A stretch of DNA of 64,000 bases. Origin: an uncultured delta proteobacterium (GTDB lineage Bacteria > Desulfobacterota > Zymogenia > Zymogenales > Zymogenaceae). The stretch lies in contig CAVTLK010000005.1 in assembly GCA_963735595.1 (NCBI GenBank), positions 736,001 through 800,000 on the forward strand, written 5' to 3'. Under the pieces are notes generated by a model. The model did not search any database and had not been told where the DNA came from. It saw nothing but the letters and a program-made list of their open reading frames with translations. A program made the translations under genes and the position numbers. Positions 20,293-32,243 of this stretch are shown here, one piece after another; positions within the stretch are counted from its first letter, which is position 1, and each line of letters opens with the position of its first letter.

Positions 20293-21630
<1,338 letters not shown>

Positions 21631-21633
21631 TTA

Positions 21634-22419
21634 TCAGCCGATGCGTTCGGCCGCACAATAGACATTCATCCGTGCCCCCCTGGTGTGAGCGATGAGGGTG
21701 AGATTGGCCTCTCGGGCAAGTCTGACGGCCTGATTGGTTGGCGCCCCCGGAGAGACGATAACGGGTATACGGCACCGAAGGACTTTGCCGAGTATCTCCG
21801 ACGAGATCCTTCCGCTGGTCAAGAGAAAGCACTCCGAAAACGAGACGCCCCGTTTGAGGGCGGCGCCCACGACTTTATCCACGGCGTTGTGCCTGCCGAT
21901 ATCGTCGGCGGTAATCACGCTGCCTGACGTATCGGCCAGGGCGGCGCTGTGGACTCCGCCGGTCTTCTTGTGCTCCTCGGAGGCGGAAAGGAGGTTTTTC
22001 ATGAGATCGAGTATGACAGGAGCCTTCACGGTAAATCCCGGCGGCAGCTTCACGCGGTTGATGAGGTCAAGGCTCGTGGAGAATACGATCCCCCTGCCGC
22101 AGCCGGAGGTATAGATCCGTTTAAATGCAAGCTCCTCCCCAAGACCTTCGGCCGTGACCCGGACGTCGGCCTTCCAGAGCCGGTCATCAATCGCTATGGA
22201 CTGTACCGCGGATGCGTCCGGTATGAGGCCGGTGGTAAACAGGAAACCGAGTACCAGGTCTTCAAGGCCGGTCGGGCTTGCCAGGAGCGTGGCGACCTCC
22301 CTGCCGTTTATCTCGACGGTCAGGGGGATCTCCTCGGTAACCCAATCATCCCGCAGCTCGGTACCGTCTCGCGTGACATACGTTATCTCAAATGATTCCA
22401 TGGTACCTTCGTTAAACAT
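21634..22419 (-). CDS. fdhD: Formate dehydrogenase accessory sulfurtransferase
   Basis: SGCGRG, TGGVHSAAL, DIGRHNAVDK, SGRISSE. Confidence 0.9.
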   Translation of the reverse strand: MFNEGTMESFEITYVTRDGTELRDDWVTEEIPLTVEINGREVATLLASPTGLEDLVLGFLFTTGLIPDASAVQSIAIDDRLWKADVRVTAEGLGEELAFKRIYTSGCGRGIVFSTSLDLINRVKLPPGFTVKAPVILDLMKNLLSASEEHKKTGGVHSAALADTSGSVITADDIGRHNAVDKVVGAALKRGVSFSECFLLTSGRISSEILGKVLRCRIPVIVSPGAPTNQAVRLAREANLTLIAHTRGARMNVYCAAERIG

Positions 22420-23518
22420 CCTTTGTTTGGGGGAACGGATGAATGATTGTACAGTTGTCGTCTAAGACGCGCTGGATCATTCCCCCTCCGAGGACAACGT
22501 CGTCACGATAAAGGACGACGGCCTGCCCCGGGGTTATTGCCTCCTGTGGTTCGTCGAATATGACGGTCATCGTGTTTGTGCTATCGGTCATGATTCGGGC
22601 ATGCGCCTCCTTCCTGGTATATCTTATTTTTACGGTCGCGTGCTCCGGGATATCGTCGACGAGGGCGTTCACGCCCGAGCATACCAGCCCGCGTGCCTTG
22701 AGGTCGTCCTTTGTCCCCACGACGATCGTGTTGCTCCCGGGGTCTATTCTCGTTACATAGAGGGGCCTTTCGGCGGCTATCCCCAAACCCCCGCGTTGGC
22801 CGATCGTGTAATATGAAATACCCTTATGGGTGCCGATTACCCTGCCGCCGGTATCGATGATCGGCCCCGGCCTTATCTCCGGCGCGCGTGCGGCGACAAA
22901 CCGTCCGCAGTCACCATCCGGGACAAAACAGATGTCCTGGCTCTCGGCCTTTTCGGCCACCGGGAGGCCGGCCGTCTTGGCGATCGTGCGCACCTCGTCT
23001 TTTGTCAGGGACTGCAGCGGGAAAAGGATAGACCCGAGCGCGGCCCTCGAAATTCCGGCCAAGAAATAAGTCTGGTCCTTCTTCCGGTCTTTCGGCCGCG
23101 TTAGGAGATACGTCCCGTCCGTGTGCTTTATCCCGGCGTAGTGCCCCGTGGCCAGTCTCTCAAAGCCGAGGGTGAGGGCCCGGGACAACAGCGTATCGAA
23201 TTTCAGAAACCGGTTACAGTCGACACAGGGATTGGGGGTCCGTCCCGATCGATACTCGTTGACGAATTTATCGACGACCTTCGCTTCGAGTTCCCCGGCA
23301 AAATCAAGCACATAATGGGGTATAGAGAGCCTCTCGGCGACCCTCTTGGCATCCTGGACCGCGTCCGGCCCGCAGCAGCTGGCCCGGGTGGAGTCCGCAC
23401 TCTCGCTTACCCCGAGGCACATCGTTACTCCGGTCACGTCGTAACCGGCCCTCATCATGAGAAGCGCCGCAACCGACGAGTCTACCCCTCCGCTCATCGC
23501 TACAAGAACCCGATTCAT
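22412..23518 (-). CDS. mnmA: tRNA 2-thiouridylase MnmA
   Basis: AMSGGVDSS, TPNPCVDCN, ATGHY, KDQTYFL, ESQDICF, TPGQ. Confidence 0.95.
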   Translation of the reverse strand: MNRVLVAMSGGVDSSVAALLMMRAGYDVTGVTMCLGVSESADSTRASCCGPDAVQDAKRVAERLSIPHYVLDFAGELEAKVVDKFVNEYRSGRTPNPCVDCNRFLKFDTLLSRALTLGFERLATGHYAGIKHTDGTYLLTRPKDRKKDQTYFLAGISRAALGSILFPLQSLTKDEVRTIAKTAGLPVAEKAESQDICFVPDGDCGRFVAARAPEIRPGPIIDTGGRVIGTHKGISYYTIGQRGGLGIAAERPLYVTRIDPGSNTIVVGTKDDLKARGLVCSGVNALVDDIPEHATVKIRYTRKEAHARIMTDSTNTMTVIFDEPQEAITPGQAVVLYRDDVVLGGGMIQRVLDDNCTIIHPFPQTKDV

Positions 23519-23895
23519 GAAGTTTTCCGGTGCTCCCGATAATCGTCGACCGCCTTCTTGAGGGCATCGGCGGCCAGGACCGAGCAGTGCATCTTCTTGG
23601 CGGGTAAACCGTCGAGGGCCTCGGCGACGGCCTTGTTCGATATCTTAAGGGCGTCCTCGATTGTTTTCCCCTTGATCATCTCAGTGATCATGGAGCTGGT
23701 GGCGATGGCCGCGCCGCAGCCGAAGGTGCGGAATTTCACGTCGACGATCGTGTCGTCCTTCACCTTGATGAAGAGCTCCATGATATCGCCGCACATGGGG
23801 TTACCTTCCTTGCCTACGCCGTCGGCGTCGTCGATCACCCCGACGTTTCGGGGGTTTCTGAAATGGTCCATTACCTTATCGCTGTACGATTCCAT
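23515..23895 (-). CDS. nifU: Fe-S cluster scaffold NifU/IscU
   Basis: NPRNVG, GNPMCGD, FGCGAAIA, KMHCS. Confidence 0.95.
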   Translation of the reverse strand: MESYSDKVMDHFRNPRNVGVIDDADGVGKEGNPMCGDIMELFIKVKDDTIVDVKFRTFGCGAAIATSSMITEMIKGKTIEDALKISNKAVAEALDGLPAKKMHCSVLAADALKKAVDDYREHRKTS

Positions 23896-25063
23896 GGCTT
23901 GTCCTCTCCGTATAGAGCGGTGACATCATGCGCAGTCTCGATACGATCCCGGGAAGCACTTCTATAACGCGCGCCGCATCCTCATCCGTCGTCCACCGGC
24001 CCAGGGAAAATCTGATTGACCCGTGGGCGACCTCGTGGGAAAGCCCGGTTGCCAGAAGCACGTGGGAAGGCTCCAACGTCGATGACGTGCATGCCGACCC
24101 GCTGGAGGCGGCAATCCCTTCCATATCTAATGACAGGAGTATTGACTCTCCCTCTATGAAATGAAAAGAGATATTGACGTTGTTGGGGAGCCTCAGAGTG
24201 GGATGGCCGTTGAGCGACGTGTCCTCTATGGAGCCTATGATTTCCTTGATCAGTCTATTCCGAATGGCGGCCTCTCGGGACGATTCCTCGGCCATCGTCT
24301 CGCAGGCGATTTTGGCCGCGGCCGCAGTCCCGACGATTCCAGGGGTGTTATGGGTTCCGGCGCGCCGCCGCCTCTCCTGGTCGCCTCCCGAGAGGAGCGA
24401 AATGAGCTTGGTGCCCTTACGGACATAGAGAAAGCCGGCACCCTTTGGTCCGTAGAATTTGTGGGACGAACTGGATAACAGGTCGACACCCAGATCGTTA
24501 ACGTTCACGGGGATATGCCCGAAGCTCTGCACGGCGTCGGTATGAAAGGTGATCCCGTGTTCCCGGGCGATCTTTCCGATCTCCGTGATCGGCTGGATCG
24601 TCCCGATCTCGTTATTCGCGTGCATGATCGAGATCAGGATCGTCTTTTCGGTTATCGCCTTTTTCACGTCGTCGGGATCGACCACGCCGTAGCGGTCTAC
24701 GGGAAGATACGTAGTGCGAAACCCCTCCTTCTTGAGGGCGGCGGCCGTTTCCGAAACGCTGTGATGCTCGACCGATGACGTGATGATGTGATTGCCCTTG
24801 TCCCGTTTAGCGAAGGCGATTCCCTTCAACGCCGTGTTGTTTGCCTCCGTTGCCCCCGAGACGAAAACGATCTCATCGGGCGCGGCGCCGATGAGGCCGG
24901 AAACGGTCTCACGGGCGGCTTCGATGGCACGCTTTGTCTCCTGACCGAACGAGTGGACGCTCGAGGGATTCCCGAAATTATCGGTGAAAAAGGGAATCAT
25001 CGCGTCAACTACCCGGGGGTCGGTGGGTGTGGTTGCCGCATAGTCGAGATATATATGTTTCAT
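23876..25063 (-). CDS. nifS: Cysteine desulfurase NifS/IscS
   Basis: YLDYAATTP, GNPSS, HKFYGPKG, SSGSACTS. Confidence 0.95.
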   Translation of the reverse strand: MKHIYLDYAATTPTDPRVVDAMIPFFTDNFGNPSSVHSFGQETKRAIEAARETVSGLIGAAPDEIVFVSGATEANNTALKGIAFAKRDKGNHIITSSVEHHSVSETAAALKKEGFRTTYLPVDRYGVVDPDDVKKAITEKTILISIMHANNEIGTIQPITEIGKIAREHGITFHTDAVQSFGHIPVNVNDLGVDLLSSSSHKFYGPKGAGFLYVRKGTKLISLLSGGDQERRRRAGTHNTPGIVGTAAAAKIACETMAEESSREAAIRNRLIKEIIGSIEDTSLNGHPTLRLPNNVNISFHFIEGESILLSLDMEGIAASSGSACTSSTLEPSHVLLATGLSHEVAHGSIRFSLGRWTTDEDAARVIEVLPGIVSRLRMMSPLYTERTSHGIVQR

Positions 25064-25132
25064 AGGTGACCTCGTTAATGTCGGATCGTTAAGAGGGGTG
25101 ACGGTTTTTTGGAGGCATTACCGCCCTGCTCG

Positions 25133-25573
25133 TTATATGGTGTAGGTTATGGTCTTGCCGGATTTATCCCTTTTCATCTCGATGAGCCGGTCAAGGCTTA
25201 CTGAATCGAGCGCGTGAGTAATCGTATCGCCGAGTGATGCCCAGACGTCCCGGGTAACGCATCCATCGGCCCGCGAGCACCGGCCGCTGTTGCCGATACA
25301 ATCGACCAGAGAGGGCCTCCCCTCGATCGCCTCCACGATCTGCTCCACGGTGATCTGTTTGGGAGGCCGTGCAAGGGCGTATCCGCCGTGGGCTCCGCGG
25401 GTGGAATTGACAAGCCCCTTGGTCCTGAGCGGTATGACGATCAGCGAGAGGTACTTCTCGGATATCTCCTCCCGGTGGGCGATGTCCTTGAGCAGCACCG
25501 GGCCCTTGCCCCAGCTCTCGGCAAGCGCCAGCATCAAACGCACACCATACCTGACCCGTGTTGATAATCTCAT
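25133..25573 (-). CDS. Rrf2-family regulator (IscR/CymR-like, three Cys)
   Basis: MRLSTRVRYG..., STRGAHGGY, C-x6-C-x5-C. Confidence 0.9.
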   Translation of the reverse strand: MRLSTRVRYGVRLMLALAESWGKGPVLLKDIAHREEISEKYLSLIVIPLRTKGLVNSTRGAHGGYALARPPKQITVEQIVEAIEGRPSLVDCIGNSGRCSRADGCVTRDVWASLGDTITHALDSVSLDRLIEMKRDKSGKTITYTI

Positions 25574-25585
25574 AACCAACCTTAT

Positions 25586-25641
25586 TACTACCAATCCAAT
25601 AGATATAGTAGTATAATACTCGTAATGAAACCGAATGTCAA
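25586..25641 (-). promoter_or_regulatory. Sigma70 promoter plus downstream imperfect palindrome (probable Rrf2 operator)
   Basis: TTGACA(25641-36)-N17-TATTAT(25618-13); tactac...gtagta inverted repeat near the start site. Confidence 0.6.
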
Positions 25642-25687
25642 GGGAAATGACCCGACTTTTTTCGAAGGATTTAGTTCCATTTGATGT

Positions 25688-25716
25688 TTGACAATGGTAG
25701 GAAAGCATATTAAATT
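25688..25716 (+). promoter_or_regulatory. Divergent sigma70 promoter for the copper module
   Basis: TTGACA-N17-TAAATT. Confidence 0.5.
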
Positions 25717-25782
25717 AGTAGTAATTAGATTATCTGATTACGGCCCGGCGGAATTATCGTGAATTCCTGATCGGGGGCCGGT

Positions 25783-27273
25783 ATGGAGGGGTCAATGGCA
25801 TCGTTAACCAGGGAAATACGAGTAACCGGGATGCACTGCAAGAACTGCGAAAAGAGGGTTGCGGATACTCTTGGGGCTATGGACGGCGTCACCGCGGTAT
25901 CGGTCGGCTGGAAGACGGGCAGGGGGACGGTGACGTTTGATGATACTAAGGTAGGGCCGGGCCAGATCGTCGACAAGCTGGATTCGATCGGCTACCGTGC
26001 CGCCTTAATCGACAACGGACCCGAAGGCGCCGGCCCCGGCGCCCGACGCGTGTTTCCAAAGACCGCCGGTATTGTCTTTGCGGTAGTGGGTCTTGTCGTC
26101 GTTATGTATCTTATATTGAAACTATCCAGCATGGTGACGGTCCCCGACATCACCCCGACGATGGGGCTCGGGCTCCTGTTTGTTGTTGGCCTATTGACCG
26201 GCTTTCACTGCGTGGGGATGTGCGGAGGTTTCGTTGTCGGGTATACGACAAAGGCAACGGCACAAGGAGTAAGCCCCACCCTATCGCACCTCCAGTACGG
26301 CACCGGGAAACTCCTCTCTTACACCGTCATGGGGGCGGCCTTTGGTCTCCTGGGCTCATTCGTCACCTTTACGCCACTCATGCGCGGGGCGGTGGGAATT
26401 CTAGCGGGGATATTCCTGTTGATCTACGGCCTCTCGATGCTCGGGGTCTTCTCGTGGACGAAATCGATCAGGATCGCGTCACCCGCGTTCCTGGACCGAT
26501 TCGTTAACCGACAATCGACCAGGTCCAGGAGTCCCCTCGTAATCGGACTCTTGAACGGGTTGATGATTGCCTGCGGGCCGCTCCAGGCGATATATGTCAT
26601 GGCGGCCGGGACCGGCAGTGCCGTCGAAGGGGCAAAATCGCTCTTCGTCTTCGGGGCGGGCACACTTCCGGTCATGCTCGGGTTCGGAGTGGTGACCGGC
26701 GTTGTCTCGGGCCGTGCAACGAAAAAGATCCTCTTTGTCTCCGGTATCATCGTCATGATCCTGGGTGTCATCATGATCAACCGGGGGCTCGCCCTGTCGG
26801 GAACGGGTCTGGATGCCTCATCGCTGGCGGTTTCAGGGGCCGCATCGGAAGTCAAGGGGGCCGGCGTCGAGATGAAGGACGGGTACCAGATCATACGGAT
26901 GGACGTGACACGCTACGGATGGGAGCCGGATCGGTTTATCCTGAAAAAAGGCGTTCCGGTCAGGTGGATAATCACGGGAAAGGAGATCGACTCCTGCAAC
27001 AACGCGATTGTTGTCCCGGATCTTGGATTGAACTTTCCGGTGAAGTCCGGAGAGCAGGTCATCGAGTTCACGCCGACAAAGGAGGGGCCGATATCGTGGA
27101 GCTGTTGGATGGGGATGATCCCGGGAACCTTCCTGGTGAAGAACGAGGTCGATCTCTCGGATAAAGAGACCATTGATAAGGAGTTGAATAAATACTCCCC
27201 CCCGGCGGGCGGCTCGTGCCGAATGGGAGGACTTTCCGGGAGCGGGTGCTGCGGGGGCGGGATAAGGCGCTGA
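25783..27273 (+). CDS. HMA + TauE/DsbD_2-type membrane domain + cupredoxin-like domain protein
   Basis: GMHCKNC; HCVGMCGG; IACGPLQAIY; WSCWMGM; Cys/Gly-rich tail. Confidence 0.85.
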   Translation: MEGSMASLTREIRVTGMHCKNCEKRVADTLGAMDGVTAVSVGWKTGRGTVTFDDTKVGPGQIVDKLDSIGYRAALIDNGPEGAGPGARRVFPKTAGIVFAVVGLVVVMYLILKLSSMVTVPDITPTMGLGLLFVVGLLTGFHCVGMCGGFVVGYTTKATAQGVSPTLSHLQYGTGKLLSYTVMGAAFGLLGSFVTFTPLMRGAVGILAGIFLLIYGLSMLGVFSWTKSIRIASPAFLDRFVNRQSTRSRSPLVIGLLNGLMIACGPLQAIYVMAAGTGSAVEGAKSLFVFGAGTLPVMLGFGVVTGVVSGRATKKILFVSGIIVMILGVIMINRGLALSGTGLDASSLAVSGAASEVKGAGVEMKDGYQIIRMDVTRYGWEPDRFILKKGVPVRWIITGKEIDSCNNAIVVPDLGLNFPVKSGEQVIEFTPTKEGPISWSCWMGMIPGTFLVKNEVDLSDKETIDKELNKYSPPAGGSCRMGGLSGSGCCGGGIRR

Positions 27274-27311
27274 TTCATCGACCTTCCGTTGAATTGTAGA
27301 TAGGTGGTACT

Positions 27312-28103
27312 ATGAATGTGATCGTTGATATTATCAAGAAGCAAAAGGTTTCGATAGCCTTTACGGCGGTTGTCCTGTTTGTCGTTTCCTTCTCTTATTT
27401 TGTCTGGGGCACTCCCTATCCGGGGATGCTGTACGTCTATCGGGATATAACCGTGTATAGGGATATGCAGATCAAGGCGAACTACAAGGACGGGGCGCTC
27501 AAGGTTTTTGCCCTGGCCAATCCCGCCGCCCTCTCGGCCTATCGCGTCTCGGAGGGAGACTCCGTGCCGGGCGAAAACACGCTTGTCATCGGGGGCGCAG
27601 AGGCCGCCATGATGCGGCGAGAGGGTCTCTTCAAAAGACAGGGGGACACGATTACGGGTCTCTTTGGGATCGATCCCGTTATCGGCGGTGTGCTCAAGAG
27701 GACCTTCGGGCTCATGGATGATATGCATTTTGTCTCGAAGTCCGAATACGAGAAAATAGAGGGAGAACAGGACCGGCTCTTCATCGCAATTAAGGATAAC
27801 AAATCTCCAAAGCTCTTTTTTGTCCTCGCCGAGGGGGGAGATCCCCCGATAGCGCTCCCGTTTGCGGAAGGATCGCTTTCCGACTATTCCGTCCGGGAAA
27901 TAGGGGGGAAACGATACTACCCCGTCATACTCGGCGCCGACGAGGCTGCCATGATGAAGTTTGAGCGGCTCATCGCTCAATCGGGGGACACGTTGGACGG
28001 GTTCTTCGGAAACGATGTATTCATCGCCGGGGTGCTTAAGAAGACGAACACGATAATCGATATGGCACACATTAGTCCTCTGGCTCCGGCTGATATCAGA
28101 TAA
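27312..28103 (+). CDS. Membrane-anchored hypothetical protein with internal duplication
   Basis: N-terminal TM; two copies of 'G..EAAMM..E.L....GDT..G.FG.D..I.GVLK.T....D..H'. Confidence 0.7.
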   Translation: MNVIVDIIKKQKVSIAFTAVVLFVVSFSYFVWGTPYPGMLYVYRDITVYRDMQIKANYKDGALKVFALANPAALSAYRVSEGDSVPGENTLVIGGAEAAMMRREGLFKRQGDTITGLFGIDPVIGGVLKRTFGLMDDMHFVSKSEYEKIEGEQDRLFIAIKDNKSPKLFFVLAEGGDPPIALPFAEGSLSDYSVREIGGKRYYPVILGADEAAMMKFERLIAQSGDTLDGFFGNDVFIAGVLKKTNTIIDMAHISPLAPADIR

Positions 28104-28124
28104 AGACACGAGGAGATCGGGAAG

Positions 28125-30303
28125 ATGGAAAAGACGGTTCTCACCATAACGGGCATGACCTGCGCTAACTGCGTTGCCACCGTTACCAAGGCCCTCTCGA
28201 AGACCGAGGGGGTGAGCGAGGCCAGCGTCAACTTTGTGACGGAAAAGGCGACGGTCGCCTTCGATGAAACGAAGATCACGACCGATAGACTGATCTCTAT
28301 CGTTCAGGACAGGGGATACGGGGCGGCGCTTTATAACCCGGGGGCCGATCTGGCCGAACAAGAAGCGGCGCAAAGACATGAAATTGCCGAGATCAGGAAC
28401 CTCTTTCTGTTTAGCCTGCTTCTGGCGGTCCCGTCGTTTATCATCTCTATGGTCCTCATGTGGGCGGGAGTCATGATCCCCTACAAGGACTTTATCCTCT
28501 GGGTCCTGGCCACGCCGGTACAGTTTATCGTCGGCGCCCGATTCTACCGGGGGATGTGGGGAGCCCTCAAGAATAAGACCGCCAATATGGATACGCTGAT
28601 CGCCACCGGCACCAGCGCGGCCTACTTCTACAGCCTCTGGGTGCTGTTGTTCGATCCGCTGTCTCATCAGTATTTCGAGACGTCCACGATCCTCATTACG
28701 TTCGTCATCCTCGGTAAATACCTCGAGGCCGCCGCCAAGGGCAGGACGTCGGAGGCGATAAAGAAGCTGATGGAGCTCTCCCCGAAGATCGCCGCCGTCC
28801 TTCGGGACGGCACAGAGATCAAAATCCCCATTGAACAGGTCCGCGTGGGGGATCAGATCATCGTGCGGCCCGGCGAGTCCGTCCCCGTGGACGGTGCGAT
28901 CGTCTCCGGAGGAGTCGGCGGTCGACGAGAGCATGATTACCGGCGAGAGCATCCCGGTGGATAAGACGGTAGGGGATATCGTCATCGGGGGGACGATGAA
29001 CAGGAGCGGGTCCTTCACCTTTACCGCCGGTAAGGTCGGTGGTGACACGACGCTGGCCCGGATCATCCGGCTCATCGAAGACGCCCAGACCGCCAAGGCG
29101 CCGATCCAGCGATTCGCCGACGTGGTGTCGGCCTATTTTGTGCCGGCGGTCATTGGTGCTGCGATCCTGACGTTTCTGGTCTGGTATCTCGTGGTGGGCC
29201 GTGAGTTCTGCGTTTGCCCTTATGGCGGCCATCGCGGTGCTGGTCATCTCGTGCCCCTGCGCGCTGGGCCTTGCCACCCCCACCGCCATCATGGTCGGTA
29301 CCGGGCGGGGAGCCCGGGAGGGGATCCTCATCAAGGGGGGAGACGTCCTGGAGACCGTGCATAAATTGAAATATATCGTTTTCGACAAGACCGGCACGAT
29401 CACAACGGGCAAGCCCGCCGTTACCGATATTATCTCCCGTCGACTCCCTGTCGGACGGCCAGGTGCTGTCTCTTGCGGCCTCTCTCGAAGCACAATTCGG
29501 AACACCCGTTAGCCGAGCCGATCGTGGCGCTGGCAAAAGAGCGGGGGATGCAGGATCGATCGGCGTCACGGATTTTGCCGCGGTGGCCGGCGCGGGAGTT
29601 ACCGGGAAGATCAACGGGAAGACGTATCGGCTGGGCAACGTCAGGCTCATGGAGCAACAGCGCGTCAACCTGTCGCCGGTTTCCGAAAGGATCTCCGCAC
29701 TTGAGCGCGAGGGCAAAGACGGCCATGGTGCTGGCCGAGAGCGGCCGTGTGCAGGGGATCGTCGCGGTGGCAGATACCATAAAAGAAACCTCTCACGCCG
29801 CAGTGTCGACCCTCAGGAAGATGGGAATAGAGACCTACCTGATGACCGGCGACAATGAAGCGACCGCCAAAGCCATCGCCAAACAGGCTGGCATCAATCA
29901 CGTCTTTGCCGGGGTGTTGCCGGCCGACAAGGCCGCCTACGTGGCCGGGCTTCAGAAGAAAGGGACGGTGGCGATGGTCGGCGACGGGATCAACGACGCC
30001 CCGGCGCTGGCCCAGGCCGATATCGGGATTGCCATGCGCAGCGGCACCGACGTTGCAATGGAGGCCGGAAATATCGTGATTATGAAAAATGAGCTTGCCG
30101 ATATCCCGCGCTCTATCCGGCTTTCCCAGGCCACGATGTCCAAGATCAGGCAGAACATGTTCTGGGCGCTTATCTACAACACCATCGGCATCCCGATCGC
30201 GGCGCTGGGTCTGCTCAACCCGATCATCGCCGGCGGGGCGATGGCCATGAGTTCGGTGTCGGTGGTGACCAATTCGCTGCTATTGAAATTCAAAAAATTA
30301 TGA
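28125..30303 (+). CDS. copA: Cu+-exporting P1B ATPase (multiple frameshifts)
   Basis: [38 protein letters not shown] and YN..GIP..M..SS are spread over ORFs 28125, 28831, 29201, 29463 and 29473. Confidence 0.9.
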
Positions 30304-30758
30304 GGCGGGTTATGAAACGACGTGCTTTTTCGATAGTCGTGATACTGATCTCCCTTCTCTTTTCGGTTGCGGGCACGTCCCGGGCGGCCACAAAGACGGT
30401 AACGGCCGATGCGGCCGGCGCCGTAACCGTACCGGTTTCGGACGTTTCCACGACGGCACGCTACTACGAGTTCTCAGACGGCGCGACCACAATACGGTTT
30501 TTCGCGGTACTGGGCGCCGATAAAAAACCGCGTGTCGCCTTTGACGCCTGCGAGGTCTGCGGCGGGAAGCTCGGATATGAGCAGCGGGGGACCGATATCC
30601 AGTGCCGTGCGTGCGGGAGGGTCTTTCGGATCGACGATGTCGGGACAAAAAACCGCACCTCCGGCTGCTGGCCGTCGTATTTACCCCACAGCGTAAAAGG
30701 TGCGAACATCGTGATCAAGGCCGACGATCTTATCAGGGGAAAGGCCCTCTTCCGGTAG
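30300..30758 (+). CDS. DUF2318-like exported Cys-rich (Fe-S/metal) protein
   Basis: Signal peptide; AFDACEVC, QCRACG..F, GCWP. Confidence 0.8.
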   Translation: MRRVMKRRAFSIVVILISLLFSVAGTSRAATKTVTADAAGAVTVPVSDVSTTARYYEFSDGATTIRFFAVLGADKKPRVAFDACEVCGGKLGYEQRGTDIQCRACGRVFRIDDVGTKNRTSGCWPSYLPHSVKGANIVIKADDLIRGKALFR

Positions 30759-30951
30759 GGGCGTCCCGCCTTACCGTGACTCCGAGCTGCTTTTGCGCGG
30801 TCGGTGTTCGCCCGCGTCCGCTTTCGGATCGTGTAACGGCTGCCTCATTAATGGCTTGTCAAATAGTGGGGACATGCTACAATGCGGCTGTCGGCCTTCC
30901 ATTCAGATGCGCCGGAGGTTTTACGCCCGTAGTCTCCGAACGAGTCGGGTA

Positions 30952-32139
30952 ATGAATTCAATCCAGAGGGTCAAGGCAGCGATCCATTTTACGGGGCCCG
31001 ACCGCGTCCCGGTTTTTATACCGGGGCTTGCGGACGTGGCCCCGCTTGTGCCGCTTCCGCCGAAGAAATGGCGGCCGGGTTACGCCGAGGACGAAGAAGG
31101 GCTCTTCCCGTACATCGGCGATGACCTGTTCGTCCGGTTCGGGCTCTGGCGGTGGAAGCGGCCGAAATGGGCGAAGGCTCCCCGCTTCACAAACTGGATG
31201 TCGATATTCCGGGAGGAAATTGACGAGTGGGGCGTAATCTGGGGGCGGGACGGAAAGGCCGCCTCCATCGGCCATCCTATCAGGCCCGCCCTGGCGGACT
31301 GGTCCCGGTATGACGAGTACGTCGCCCGATACGATCCAGATCCGGCCGATCGGTCCCGCTATCGGTTTTTCGCCGCTGCCTCCAGGATACTTGCCCGGCG
31401 GCGCTATCGAATGGCGATCCTCGATAACCTCGGCCCGTTTTCGCTGGCCTCCAATATCCGGGGATTCAACGATTTTTTGATCGACCACAGGAAAAATCCG
31501 CAACAGCTCAGGCGGCTGCTTGGCCGTCTTACTCGTTATTACTGCGCGGCCATCGACGCGTGGGTGGCAAGCGGCGCCGCTCCCCACGGTTTTTTGATCT
31601 ACGATGACCTGGCCGACCAGCAGCGGCCCTTCATGAACCCCGCTCTCTTTGCCGAGTTCTACGAGCCGGTCTTCCAGCCCATCATCGAGCACGCTCACCG
31701 GCTTGGATGTGAAGTCCATCTTCACTCCTGCGGAAATATCGATTCGCTGATACCGTTACTTATCGAGTGGGGCCTGGATGCCCTCGAGCTCGACTCACCC
31801 CGCATGACCGGTTATCAGAACCTTGCCCCGTTCCGAGGCATGATCATGATGTGGGGGTGCGTTAATATCCAGACAATCTACCCCCGGGGCACACCGGAGG
31901 AATGCGAGCGCGAGGTGTGGCACATGGTCAGAAACCTCGGTACGAAGGAAGGCGGGTTTGGCGCCTATTTTTATCCCCAGCCGAACCACATCGGCGTGAG
32001 AAAGGATAATATACGGGCATTCAGTCGTGGATTGAAAGCCTACGGCGTTTATCGGAGTATCCCGGCGTCCTGGTGGGACGATCCATTGCCCGGGACCTGG
32101 GAAAGCGACGTGGTGCCTCCCCTGCCGGGACCGGTCTGA
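30952..32139 (+). CDS. Uroporphyrinogen decarboxylase/MtaA-CmuA family protein
   Basis: MNSIQRVKAAIHFTGPDRVP, DEWG, YDDLA, HLHSCG, GTPEE. Confidence 0.8.
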   Translation: MNSIQRVKAAIHFTGPDRVPVFIPGLADVAPLVPLPPKKWRPGYAEDEEGLFPYIGDDLFVRFGLWRWKRPKWAKAPRFTNWMSIFREEIDEWGVIWGRDGKAASIGHPIRPALADWSRYDEYVARYDPDPADRSRYRFFAAASRILARRRYRMAILDNLGPFSLASNIRGFNDFLIDHRKNPQQLRRLLGRLTRYYCAAIDAWVASGAAPHGFLIYDDLADQQRPFMNPALFAEFYEPVFQPIIEHAHRLGCEVHLHSCGNIDSLIPLLIEWGLDALELDSPRMTGYQNLAPFRGMIMMWGCVNIQTIYPRGTPEECEREVWHMVRNLGTKEGGFGAYFYPQPNHIGVRKDNIRAFSRGLKAYGVYRSIPASWWDDPLPGTWESDVVPPLPGPV

Positions 32140-32243
32140 GGGACGGCGGACAGCGCGATTATCGAACGGCCTCACAAACGCCCCAAACCGGATCAGGTAG
32201 TTACCCTATTGCGGCGGATTAGCGCCGTCACGGGGAGAATCGT

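Noticed and set aside
26913..29096. 727-aa minus-strand ORF
   Set aside because: Antisense shadow of copA and its neighbours in GC-rich DNA; no recognisable motifs.
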